Shown here piece by piece: positions 1 through 9,031 of a DNA stretch of 64,000 nt (position 1 is the first letter of the stretch; the number at the start of each line of letters is the position of its first letter). This DNA is from a bacterium. GTDB taxonomy: Bacteria; Lernaellota; Lernaellaia; JACKCT01. The notes under the pieces were generated by a model. It worked only from the letters and a program-made list of their open reading frames with translations, did not search any database and had not been told where the DNA came from. A program made the position numbers and the translations under genes. The stretch covers positions 711,579-775,578 of the forward strand of contig CAXXWT010000005.1 in NCBI GenBank assembly GCA_963674685.2. The letters are read 5' to 3'.

Positions 1-1
1 C

Positions 2-3000
2 GGAACGGATTTCGTCACGATCAAGTACGACACCAACGGAAACCAAATCTGGCGGTCGTACTACGACGGCAGCGGGCTTATCGATTACGACAGAGCCATG
101 GATATTGTGGTCGATGAAAACCGGTTCACATACGTCACCGGCGAATCCACCTCCTTGGGTCTCTATTACAACTACGCTACGGTCAAGTATGACCAGAACG
201 GTACAATGCTGTGGGTCGCGAACTACGACGGCGTCGGATTCTATCTGTACCCCGACCGCGCCCGAGCCATCGCCCTGGGACCGGACGGCGACGTCCATGT
301 CACGGGGTATTCCTGGGACCAGGAATATGACTACGGCACCGTGAAATATAACGGCAACACGGGCAGTCAGATTTGGGCCGCGCGATACGACCATACGGAT
401 CATCGCGAAGATTACGCCCGCGACATCGCCGTGGACGCGTGGGGAAATGTCTACGTGACCGGCGAGTCGGAAAGCAATTCGTCTCAAAACGATTTCGCCA
501 CCTTGAAATATGATTCCGACGGCAACGAGCAGTGGGTTCGCCGCTTCAACGGCTCGGCCAATCAGCAAGACGAAGCGGCGGCCGTGGGAGTGGACGATTT
601 CGGATACGCCTACGTCGCCGGCACGGCCCGCAATATATCTTCCCGCAATGATTACGCCATCGTGAAATATTCGCCCGCGGGCGCCGAGCAGTGGGTTTCG
701 TACTACGACAACGGGGGAAACGACCGCGTGACGGCGATGTTTGTCAGCCCCGAAGGCGACCTGTACGTCGCGGGTTATTCCGAAGGCGCGGGAACGGATG
801 AGGATTACGCCCTGGCTGTTTACGATGCCGACGGCAATGAGCAGTGGACGGCTCGTTATTCGAGTCCGGGTTCCCACGAAGATCGCGCGCTGGCCGTGAC
901 CATTGACGATCCGGGCAACGTCTACGTAACCGGCTATGCGTGGAGTTATGGTTCGGGAAGCGACTATGCCACGATATGCTATGACGCCGCGGGCGTAGAG
1001 CAGTGGGTGGTTATATACGACGGGCCTACGGGCGGAACGGACGAGGCCAATGCCGTCGGCGCGGATAACATGGGTGGCGTTTTCGTCACGGGCAGTTCCT
1101 CTTCCGCCGGCACGCGCGACGACATCACCACCATCAAATACATCGACTGCGCAGGATGCGCCATCGACAACGTCTGCTACCTGGACGGTGAAGTGAATCC
1201 TGATAATCCGTGTGACATCTGCCTGGTCGCAAATTCCGACACGAGCTGGTCGGACAACGACGGCGCTTCCTGCGACGACGACCGGTACTGCAACGGAGAT
1301 GACACGTGCATGGGCGGCGAATGCGTCGAACATTCCGGCGACCCTTGCGAAGACGACGGCCTGTGGTGCAACGGCGGTGAAATCTGCAACGAAATGACCG
1401 ATCAGTGCGATCACCAAAATCCGCCGGAGTGCGCGGACGATGGAGTGTTTTGCAACGGCGAGGAATTCTGCAACGAAGACATCGACGATTGCGACCGGCG
1501 AAACGAACCGGTGTGCGCCGACGACGGTTTCTGGTGCAACGGCGAGGAATTCTGCGACGACGGCATCGACGATTGCGGCCACCGAAACGCCCCGGACTGC
1601 TCCGACGACGGCCAGTGGTGCAACGGCGAGGAGTTCTGCGACGAAGACGCCGACCGGTGCGATTCCCGCAATGCGCCGAACTGCGCCGACGACGGTTTCT
1701 ACTGCAATGGCGAGGAATACTGCAACGAGGACGCCGACGACTGCGACAGCCGCAACGCCCCCATCTGCCCGGACGACGGATTGTGGTGCAACGGCGACGA
1801 GTATTGCAATGAGGACATCGACGACTGCGACCGGCGGGATATGCCCGACTGCGCGGACGACGGCCTGTGGTGCAACGGCGAGGAATTCTGCAACGAAGAC
1901 ATCGATCAGTGCAGCCGCCGAAACGAGCCCGACTGCGCGGACGACGGCCAGTGGTGCAACGGCGAAGAATTCTGCAACGAAGACAGCGACCAATGCGACG
2001 CCGAAAATGTCCCCGAGTGCCCGGACGACGGAGTCTACTGCAACGGAAGCGAATATTGCGATGAGGCCGCGGATCAGTGCGACCACGAAAATCCGCCCCT
2101 TTGCCCCGATGACGGACTTTTTTGCAACGGGCAGGAATTCTGCGACGAGGACATTGATGACTGCTCCCACCGCGATCCTCCGGATTGCGGCGACGACGGC
2201 AGTTGGTGCAACGGCGAGGAATACTGCAACGAAGACCTGGGGCAATGCGATCATCAAAACGAGCCGGATTGCTCCGACGACAACCTATGGTGCAACGGCG
2301 TGGAATATTGCAATGAATCCGCGGATCAGTGCGGCCATCGCTATATACCGCGATGCGCCGACGACGGTTTCTGGTGCAACGGCCAGGAATATTGCAATGA
2401 GGATATCGACGGCTGCGACAGCCGGGACGCTCCGGACTGCTCCGACAATTCCCTCTGGTGCGACGGCGCCGAATACTGCAACGAAGACATCGACCAGTGC
2501 GATCACCGCAACGCGCCGAATTGCGCCGATGACGGTTTCTGGTGCAACGGCGAGGAATTCTGCGACGAAAACGCCGATCAGTGCGATTCCCGCAACGCGC
2601 CGGAGTGCGCCGACGACGGTTTCTGGTGCAACGGCGAAGAATTTTGCAATGAAGATATCGACGGCTGCGATTCCCAAAATGCGCCGGAGTGCGCCGACGA
2701 CGGAATATACTGCAACGGCGAGGAATTCTGCGACGAAGACGCCGATGCCTGCGCCAGTCGCGACGCCCCGAACTGCGCCGATGACGGATTCTGGTGCAAT
2801 GGCGAAGAATTCTGCAACGAAAACATCGACGGTTGCGATTCCCAAAATGCCCCCGACTGCCCGGACGACGGACTTTACTGCAACGGAAGCGAGTTTTGCG
2901 ACGAAGACAACGACCAATGCGGCGTGCGCGATATCCCGGAGTGCGCGGACGACGGATTCTGGTGCAACGGGGATGAATTCTGCGACGAGGACGCCGACGC

Positions 3001-3835
3001 ATGCTCCCACTCGTCGACCGCGGCGCTGACCTGCCCCGACGACGGACTGTGGTGCAACGGCGCCGAATCCTGCGACGAGACCGGCGACCGGTGCGTTCAT
3101 GCTTCGTCGCCCGAACTGGTGTGCCCCGACGACGGCCAGTGGTGCAACGGCGAAGAATCCTGCGACGAGGACGCCGATCAGTGCGCCCATTCCATGACGG
3201 CGCAGGATCGCTGCCCCGACGACGGCGTCTGGTGCAACGGGCTGGAGCAATGCAACGAGGCAAGCGACGAATGCATCAGCTCATCCTCCCCGGAACTGAC
3301 CTGCCCCGACGACGGTCAGTGGTGCAACGGCGAAGAATCGTGCGACGAGGATCTGGATGCTTGCGTGCATTCGACGACCGCCCAGGAGATTTGCCCGGAC
3401 GATCAATTGTGGTGCAACGGCGCGGAAATCTGCGACGACCAGCTTGACGAGTGCGCGCACGCCTCCACGCCGGAACTGACGTGCCCCGACGACGGGCAGT
3501 GGTGCAACGGCGAAGAATCCTGCGACGAGGAACTGGATGCGTGCCTGCACTCCACGACGCCGGAAGAACTGTGCCCGGACGATCAGATGTGGTGCAACGG
3601 CGTCGAGTTATGCGACGAGCAAAACGACGAATGCGCCTCCAGCGGCGATCCGTGCGTGGCGCCCATGGAATGCGATGAAGAATCGGATGAGTGTTTGCTT
3701 CCCGACGCAGACGACGATACGGAATTGAATGACGACGACCTCACCGTGGATGACGACGATTCGGAAACCGAGCCGGATGAGGGATACGACTGGGGAGAAG
3801 GCGACCTGAGCGGCGGATGCTGCGCCTATAATTGA
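2..3835 (+). CDS. Giant secreted Cys-rich repeat protein, 5'-truncated by the window edge: SBBP-type beta-propeller repeats, about 27 CNG-type Cys repeats, acidic tail
   Basis: The frame is open from nt 2 (GTDFVTIKYDTNGNQIWRSYYDG...) and continues the blade motif 'G(N/D)VYVTG.S....DYAT.KYD..G...W' seen after M98. A neck 'NPDNPCDIC...WSDNDGASCDDDRYCNG' follows, then 20 x 28-aa and 7 x 30-aa Cys repeats. The Asp-rich tail ends ...DLSGGCCAYN*. Confidence 0.85.
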   Translation, partial: GTDFVTIKYDTNGNQIWRSYYDGSGLIDYDRAMDIVVDENRFTYVTGESTSLGLYYNYATVKYDQNGTMLWVANYDGVGFYLYPDRARAIALGPDGDVHVTGYSWDQEYDYGTVKYNGNTGSQIWAARYDHTDHREDYARDIAVDAWGNVYVTGESESNSSQNDFATLKYDSDGNEQWVRRFNGSANQQDEAAAVGVDDFGYAYVAGTARNISSRNDYAIVKYSPAGAEQWVSYYDNGGNDRVTAMFVSPEGDLYVAGYSEGAGTDEDYALAVYDADGNEQWTARYSSPGSHEDRALAVTIDDPGNVYVTGYAWSYGSGSDYATICYDAAGVEQWVVIYDGPTGGTDEANAVGADNMGGVFVTGSSSSAGTRDDITTIKYIDCAGCAIDNVCYLDGEVNPDNPCDICLVANSDTSWSDNDGASCDDDRYCNGDDTCMGGECVEHSGDPCEDDGLWCNGGEICNEMTDQCDHQNPPECADDGVFCNGEEFCNEDIDDCDRRNEPVCADDGFWCNGEEFCDDGIDDCGHRNAPDCSDDGQWCNGEEFCDEDADRCDSRNAPNCADDGFYCNGEEYCNEDADDCDSRNAPICPDDGLWCNGDEYCNEDIDDCDRRDMPDCADDGLWCNGEEFCNEDIDQCSRRNEPDCADDGQWCNGEEFCNEDSDQCDAENVPECPDDGVYCNGSEYCDEAADQCDHENPPLCPDDGLFCNGQEFCDEDIDDCSHRDPPDCGDDGSWCNGEEYCNEDLGQCDHQNEPDCSDDNLWCNGVEYCNESADQCGHRYIPRCADDGFWCNGQEYCNEDIDGCDSRDAPDCSDNSLWCDGAEYCNEDIDQCDHRNAPNCADDGFWCNGEEFCDENADQCDSRNAPECADDGFWCNGEEFCNEDIDGCDSQNAPECADDGIYCNGEEFCDEDADACASRDAPNCADDGFWCNGEEFCNENIDGCDSQNAPDCPDDGLYCNGSEFCDEDNDQCGVRDIPECADDGFWCNGDEFCDEDADACSHSSTAALTCPDDGLWCNGAESCDETGDRCVHASSPELVCPDDGQWCNGEESCDEDADQCAHSMTAQDRCPDDGVWCNGLEQCNEASDECISSSSPELTCPDDGQWCNGEESCDEDLDACVHSTTAQEICPDDQLWCNGAEICDDQLDECAHASTPELTCPDDGQWCNGEESCDEELDACLHSTTPEELCPDDQMWCNGVELCDEQNDECASSGDPCVAPMECDEESDECLLPDADDDTELNDDDLTVDDDDSETEPDEGYDWGEGDLSGGCCAYN
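1346..3655 (+). repeat. Intragenic tandem array: 84-bp (28-aa) units followed by 90-bp (30-aa) units encoding C-x6-C-x5-C-x6-C modules
   Basis: Unit starts such as tgcgcggacga at 1430 and tgcgccgacga at 1514 are 84 nt apart. Long near-identical stretches (tgcgccgacgacggtttctggtgcaacggcgaggaattctgc) recur. From about 3000 the unit becomes CPDDGQWCNGEESCDED.D.C.HS.T.... (30 aa). Confidence 0.9.
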
Positions 3836-3846
3836 GGAGATTCGAG

Positions 3847-4239
3847 ATGACGGACAGCGAGTGGAAACCGAAATACCTGGGCAAATCCGTTTCCGGGCCG
3901 ATATCCGAAGTCGAGTTGATTCCCTGGAAGGACGGCCCTGTCCTCATCACCCTGGATTGCACCGAATTCACGACCTTGTGTCCCGTCACGCAACAGCCGG
4001 ATTTCGGGCGCCTGGAGATCACCTATATTCCGCGCGAGTATCTCATCGAAACCAAATCTCTGAAACTCTTCCTGCAAGGTTTTCGGGATTATAAAGGATT
4101 CAATGAACAGGTGGTCGCGCATCTGGCCGATGTATTATTCAAACGTACACAGCCCGCGTGGCTTTGCGTGGAAGGTTTTTACAACCGCCGGGGCGGCATC
4201 GGCGTGTCCTGCCGTTGCGAGCGAGGGGAAAAACCATAG
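3847..4239 (+). CDS. queF: NADPH-dependent 7-cyano-7-deazaguanine reductase, unimodular type
   Basis: ATG at 3847 with GAGGA upstream. 'TTLCPVTQQPDFGRLEITYIP' carries the catalytic Cys and QPDF. 'ETKSLKLFLQGFRD' matches the QueF motif. Size is about 130 aa. Confidence 0.85.
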   Translation: MTDSEWKPKYLGKSVSGPISEVELIPWKDGPVLITLDCTEFTTLCPVTQQPDFGRLEITYIPREYLIETKSLKLFLQGFRDYKGFNEQVVAHLADVLFKRTQPAWLCVEGFYNRRGGIGVSCRCERGEKP

Positions 4240-4467
4240 AAAATATGGTCGTTCAAAGGCGCTGAAAACCGGCCCGCCCATTCTTTTTCAGCATTGCCTA
4301 AAACATGATTCGCCTTTTTTAATCCTGTCTTTGGATATATAAAAGATTTACCCATAGATTTTTTTTGATTTCCTGACATAATACGCGGCGAAGACATGAT
4401 ACTTGTGCGCATCTTTATGTCGTGATGTGCAGGTGTAAATTCGATCAAGAGTCAGCGGGGTCCTTAA

Positions 4468-6291
4468 GTGGACGATTTCCTTGCCGATGACAGCCTGGAA
4501 AAATTAGAAGACAGCCTGGAAGTCAAATCCGGGATTTTCGAAAATACCTGGGCGGTCGGGCAGAAAATCGAAAGCCTGTTCGTTATCGAACGGATCGTCG
4601 GCCGGGGCAACTTCGGCCGCGTTTACCAGGCGAAAGACAGTCGCGGCCGCGTATGCGCCGTGAAAACGATCGACCTGCGGCCTGCCGCGCACCCCGAAGC
4701 CGCCAAACGACTCCAAAACAGCTTCACGCGCCTGTTAAGCGCGAAAAATCCGAATCTTGTGCAAACGCAAGAAGCAGGTGAAGCAGGCGGTTTTTATTAT
4801 ATCAAAACGCCTTTTATCAAAGCCCCGTCTCTTTTAAGCGGACTGAACAGGTCGATTCCTCAGGCCAAAGAAGCCGGCGGCATACCGCCGAGGCAATCCC
4901 TTCGGATCATCAAAGCCGCCACGCAGGCCTGCAAAGCCGTCGGATGGGAAATACCCCATTTGAATCTGCTTCCCGGCAACATGTTCGTGACCGGCAACGG
5001 CATCGTCGTCGCCGATTCCGGCATTTTACACGCGCTCCTTCCGGCCATGTCGCCCGGGGAGTTTTCGGCTATGGATTTGTCCGAGTATCGGGCGCCGGAA
5101 GTCAGAGATTGCCTGGAACCGGACGCATCCGCGGATGTGTATTCCGTCGCGAAGTTGATTTACCATCTGGTGTCTCTGGAAAGACCGCCTTTGGTTCTGG
5201 AAGATGTGCCCATCGTCGGCGATTATCCCGACGGCGTCAGAGACCTTTTGCTTTACGCCGCGCAGGAAAATCCCGAAAACCGCTACGCGAATCTCCAACA
5301 GTTCGCCGATGCTTTCGAAAAAGTGCTTAAAGGCGACAGAGTCAGGGCGCCGGTTCATCAGACCAGCAGCGTCCTGGATAAAATTCCTGAAGAAGAGGTT
5401 TTTTCCACCGAACGAAGCGACGTCCCGACTCTCGACGAAGACCTGCCCGAGGATATTCTTTCAAGCGCCGAAGAAATGGCGGCCATGTGGAGAAAGTCCG
5501 AGTCCCCCAGACTGAGGGCCGAATCGGGATATATTGAAAGCGATACGGGACCGGCGGCCGGCGAATCGGTATCCGATGAAGCCGAGGAAGAAGAGCCGGA
5601 GGAAGTCGAGGCCGCCGCAAGCGCCGAACCTGAAGAAACGGCGACGCCCGCGGGCGATGCCGCGATTGCCGCTTCCCGCCCCCGCCCCTTTGACGAAGGC
5701 AAAGCCGCGGAAGAGACCGCCGAAGAAAAAGAGATCACCGAAAAGCCTCCGGCAAAAGCAGCGGCAAAAGCAGAAGTCGAAGAAATATTGGCGCCGCCGA
5801 CGTTCGAAACGGGACTCAGCACCGCCAAAGTGACTGCCATTTCCGTGATCGTCCTCGCGATCATATTTGGAGGCCTGTATATTTTAAGCGACCACCTCAA
5901 GCAGCGGGAAAGCCGGACCAGCGTCATGGACAAGTACCGAAGCGAGGAAAACGCCGCCGAGAATTCCGGCGCCGCCGCGCTTTCCGGAAACGCGGCCTTC
6001 AAGGATACCTTGACGACCGAGGACATCGCGACGGTTGTAAAAAAATACCGGGAAACGACGGACGCCTGCTTTACCATGGCTTCGAAAACATCGGGGCCGA
6101 GCCAGGGCGCGGTCCTGGTCAGTTTTTCGATCCAGCCGGCCGGAAGCGTATCCGACGCGGTGGTGCTGACTTCCACGCTGAACGATCTGGTCGTGGAACA
6201 GTGCCTGCGCAAAGCCGTATTGACCATGCAGTTTCCCGCGTTCAAACGTTCCGCCATGACGGTGAGTTACCCATTTAAATACAAGAAATGA
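4468..6291 (+). CDS. Ser/Thr-kinase-like protein (predicted pseudokinase), acidic linker, TM helix, AgmX/PglI-type C-terminal domain
   Basis: GRGNFGRVYQA (G-loop), VCAVKTI (Lys), YRAPEV and DVYSVA indicate a kinase fold. The catalytic loop reads HLNLLPGN (4957-4980) instead of HRDLKPxN, and DSG replaces DFG. TM segment AISVIVLAIIFGGLYIL. The tail '...CFTMASKT..GAVLVSFSIQPAGSV..EQCLRKAVLTMQFPAF..MTVSYPFKYKK' resembles the AgmX/PglI C-terminal domain. GTG start. Confidence 0.75.
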   Translation: MDDFLADDSLEKLEDSLEVKSGIFENTWAVGQKIESLFVIERIVGRGNFGRVYQAKDSRGRVCAVKTIDLRPAAHPEAAKRLQNSFTRLLSAKNPNLVQTQEAGEAGGFYYIKTPFIKAPSLLSGLNRSIPQAKEAGGIPPRQSLRIIKAATQACKAVGWEIPHLNLLPGNMFVTGNGIVVADSGILHALLPAMSPGEFSAMDLSEYRAPEVRDCLEPDASADVYSVAKLIYHLVSLERPPLVLEDVPIVGDYPDGVRDLLLYAAQENPENRYANLQQFADAFEKVLKGDRVRAPVHQTSSVLDKIPEEEVFSTERSDVPTLDEDLPEDILSSAEEMAAMWRKSESPRLRAESGYIESDTGPAAGESVSDEAEEEEPEEVEAAASAEPEETATPAGDAAIAASRPRPFDEGKAAEETAEEKEITEKPPAKAAAKAEVEEILAPPTFETGLSTAKVTAISVIVLAIIFGGLYILSDHLKQRESRTSVMDKYRSEENAAENSGAAALSGNAAFKDTLTTEDIATVVKKYRETTDACFTMASKTSGPSQGAVLVSFSIQPAGSVSDAVVLTSTLNDLVVEQCLRKAVLTMQFPAFKRSAMTVSYPFKYKK

Positions 6292-7406
6292 ACCAGCCTT
6301 TTAAAATGCGAGCCGCGATCCCAAGCTTTCGAGGACCGGCTGTATTGGGGTTGATTATCCTGATCTTTATCGGCGCCGGATGCGCCGCGCAAAGCGGGCG
6401 CGCCGCCCGCCCCACGCAGGTTCTGGATTTGGGCGCGGGCAAAATCGAGGTCGATCCTTCCGGGGAACTGCCACCCGGTTTCTGGGACTCCTACACTCTG
6501 ATGAAGGAAGGAAACACCCTTTTCGACCGAGGGCGGTATTCTGAAGCGGCCTCTTATTTCAACGCCGCGGCCGAGCGATTCGCCGGAGAGGAGACCGCAT
6601 CCCTGGCCTTGTTCAATCTCGGCGCATGTTACGAAAAAATGGGCGATTACGAACTGGCCCTGCGCAGCTATAAAGCCCTGGAAAAGACCGCCGGCCCGAA
6701 AATATCCCCACAGGAAATCCTCACCCGCCAACTATCCTGCCTGGAGGAACTGGGGCGATGGACCGGGGCCGTCGTCGTTTGCGACCGCCTCCGGGGATTG
6801 CCCGATTTACCCGAACCCGAGCGCATTGACGTTTCGCTTCGGCGCGGCGTCGCCCTGTATAAAAACGGCGATCCGGAAGCGGGAAAAAACGCGCTGAAAA
6901 AAGCGTTGATGGACTACCGGATTTTCGAACGCCGTCAATTGCCGACCAACAAGTATTTCGCCGCCAGAGGATACTTTTTCCTGGGTGAAATATATTTCGA
7001 AAGCTACGAAGCCATTGCCCTGAACGAACGCGGCGACGAACTGCGCTTGCAGCTTGAAGCCAAGGCGGATTATCTTTATCTGGCCAGAATGCAATACCTG
7101 CGCTCCATGCGCACATACGAGGGACGATGGCTGGCGGCGAGCCTGCACAAACTCGGTTATGGCTATGAAACTCTGTATTTTTCCATGAAAAACGCTCCGC
7201 TGCCTGAAGACCTTTCGGAAAGTCAGATCGGGGAATACAAGAAAAAGCTGGAAAAGAGGATTTCCAACCTGTTAAAGAAAGCCGTTGACGCCTATGAAAG
7301 AAATGCCGATCTTGACAAGCGGTTTGAGTTGCAGTCGCCATGGGCGGAAAAGTCCCGCGAGCGGCTTAAATACCTGCGGCAATATTGCGAAGGAATGAGG
7401 GACTGA
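6288..7406 (+). CDS. TPR-repeat lipoprotein
   Basis: The ATG overlaps the upstream stop (ATGA). Signal peptide with lipobox-like LIFIGAGC. TPR-like helices (GNTLFDRGRYSEAASYFNAAA..., LGACYEKMGDYELALRSYKAL). Confidence 0.6.
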   Translation: MNQPFKMRAAIPSFRGPAVLGLIILIFIGAGCAAQSGRAARPTQVLDLGAGKIEVDPSGELPPGFWDSYTLMKEGNTLFDRGRYSEAASYFNAAAERFAGEETASLALFNLGACYEKMGDYELALRSYKALEKTAGPKISPQEILTRQLSCLEELGRWTGAVVVCDRLRGLPDLPEPERIDVSLRRGVALYKNGDPEAGKNALKKALMDYRIFERRQLPTNKYFAARGYFFLGEIYFESYEAIALNERGDELRLQLEAKADYLYLARMQYLRSMRTYEGRWLAASLHKLGYGYETLYFSMKNAPLPEDLSESQIGEYKKKLEKRISNLLKKAVDAYERNADLDKRFELQSPWAEKSRERLKYLRQYCEGMRD

Positions 7407-8167
7407 TGCGAAAAACCCATGTGATCATCGCCGTTGCGGCGCTGGCTTTTCTATGTGCAACGAATCTTTTCGCGCATGATTTCTCCGGCGAAAACTTGAG
7501 TTACGAATTCGGGTGGAAAGGAATCCCCGCCGCCGACGCGACCGTGAAAATCCGGAACGGACAATGCGGCAAACCCTGCTACGGCATCAAGATCGAAATG
7601 AAAGGCAAAAAATATCTCGACCTGTTTTGGAAAGTCCGCGACCGCTTCGAATCCACCTGCCTGAAGGATAATTACGCCACGCAGCGATATGCTTTTTACC
7701 AAAGAGAAGGCAGTTTCAATCTCGATACGGAAATCACTTACAACAAGAAAGCCGGACGGCTGACATCCACGCGCTTTCGCCTGGACAAGAATAAAAACTA
7801 CAAGGATAAATCGGCCCAGCCGGAGGTGATATTCGGCCCCCTGGCTTCGATTCTCTACATGAGATCCAACGCCTTAAACGTCGGCGATGAAAAAAGCGTT
7901 CAGGTGTTCGACGGCAAAAGGACGCACACGCTTTACTGGAAAGTGACGGGCAAAGAAAAAGTGAAAATCGGCATGGGGGAATTCAATGCGCTCAAGCTCA
8001 TGCCCCGCATCACGAAGTCGTCTTCCAAAGATGATGACAGCAAGGTCGAAAAGGTCCGAAAAGTCACGATCTGGGTTTCGGATGATCCGTCCCACACGGT
8101 CCTGAAAATAGAATCCGAAGCTTTTGTCGGCAGCGTCTACGCGGAGCTTGTCAACGGCTGGCCCTGA
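7406..8167 (+). CDS. DUF3108-like secreted protein
   Basis: The ATG at 7406 overlaps the upstream TGA (TGATG). Signal peptide MRKTHVIIAVAALAFLCATNLFA. 'LSYEFGWKGIPAADATVKI' and the beta-rich remainder resemble DUF3108. The track start at 7385 (TTG) is less likely. Confidence 0.5.
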   Translation: MRKTHVIIAVAALAFLCATNLFAHDFSGENLSYEFGWKGIPAADATVKIRNGQCGKPCYGIKIEMKGKKYLDLFWKVRDRFESTCLKDNYATQRYAFYQREGSFNLDTEITYNKKAGRLTSTRFRLDKNKNYKDKSAQPEVIFGPLASILYMRSNALNVGDEKSVQVFDGKRTHTLYWKVTGKEKVKIGMGEFNALKLMPRITKSSSKDDDSKVEKVRKVTIWVSDDPSHTVLKIESEAFVGSVYAELVNGWP

Positions 8168-8210
8168 TAAAAGCAATACGGATTTAACTTTTGTCCTTTA
8201 TGAGAAAAAA

Positions 8211-9023
8211 ATGAAATCCGTTTACCGATCCTTTGTCATACTTGTTGTTTGTTGCACCCTATTGCCGCTTATTATCTCCTGCGCGCAAAAAGACGATGAC
8301 GATGACAGATCGCATGATTCGGTTGCGGCCGTCGATGACGATGATGATGAAAGCCCCGTCAATGACGACAGCGGCGGGTGCGTCGATGATGATCAAAACG
8401 ACGATCTTGACGATGACGTCGATGACGACGCTGATGATGACACAGCTTCGCCTGACGATGACGCGGATGATGACGCGAGCCCCTGCCCCGAAGATATGGC
8501 CTGGATCGATAACGGAAAAATCGACGCATTCTGCATGGACAAATGGGAGGCGTCCCGGCCGGACGCCTCCGCGGATGCAGAAGGCGCGCAAGACGATTAC
8601 GCCGCGTCCGTCGCGGGAGTCATTCCATGGAAACCCGCGGGCAACGCCCAGGCCCTGCAAGCCTGCGCGGACGCCGGGAAAACGCTTTGCACACCGGACC
8701 AGTGGTATTTTGCATGCGCCGGCCCGGACGATCTGGCTTACGCCTACGGCAACGCATACGGGCCGTATACCTGCAACGGCATCGACGCCTTCAGCCCCGA
8801 TCCGCACCACCTGGCGCCTACCGGTTCATTTCCCCAATGCGTAAACCAATGGGGCGTCTATGATCTTAACGGCAACCTCTGGGAGCGCGTTCTGGGCGGC
8901 GACGACACGACCGTGCGGGGCGGCGCGTACAATTGCAGCAATTCGCTGTTGTACCAGCGCTGCGACTACATCCCGGGCTGGACGCCTTCGGCCCTCGGCT
9001 TTCGCTGCTGTAAAACACCTTGA
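8211..9023 (+). CDS. Formylglycine-generating-enzyme (SUMF1/FGE) family lipoprotein with Asp-rich tether
   Basis: ATG at 8211. MKSVYRSFVILVVCCTLLPLIISC is a lipoprotein-type signal peptide, followed by a D-rich linker. The C-terminal 'WGVYDLNGNLWERV...VRGGAY...ALGFRCC' is the FGE-sulfatase domain signature. Confidence 0.75.
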   Translation: MKSVYRSFVILVVCCTLLPLIISCAQKDDDDDRSHDSVAAVDDDDDESPVNDDSGGCVDDDQNDDLDDDVDDDADDDTASPDDDADDDASPCPEDMAWIDNGKIDAFCMDKWEASRPDASADAEGAQDDYAASVAGVIPWKPAGNAQALQACADAGKTLCTPDQWYFACAGPDDLAYAYGNAYGPYTCNGIDAFSPDPHHLAPTGSFPQCVNQWGVYDLNGNLWERVLGGDDTTVRGGAYNCSNSLLYQRCDYIPGWTPSALGFRCCKTP

Positions 9024-9031
9024 CGAAGTGA

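Noticed and set aside
1134-3263. 709-aa Arg-rich antisense ORF and several 300-530-aa alternative-frame ORFs (1440-3029, 2285-3250, 1405-1812 and others) across the first gene
   Set aside because: All six frames stay open because the 84/90-bp repeats use GC-rich codons without stop complements. Only the frame continuing from the SBBP propeller gives regular Cys spacing and a sensible protein. The others are low-complexity R/T/A/S strings.
1346-3655. Periodic repeats here, in the poly-Asp tails and in the collagen block considered as possible CRISPR arrays
   Set aside because: The units abut without unique spacers, sit inside long ORFs, keep the reading frame (multiples of 3), and encode coherent protein repeats. 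No cas genes are present.
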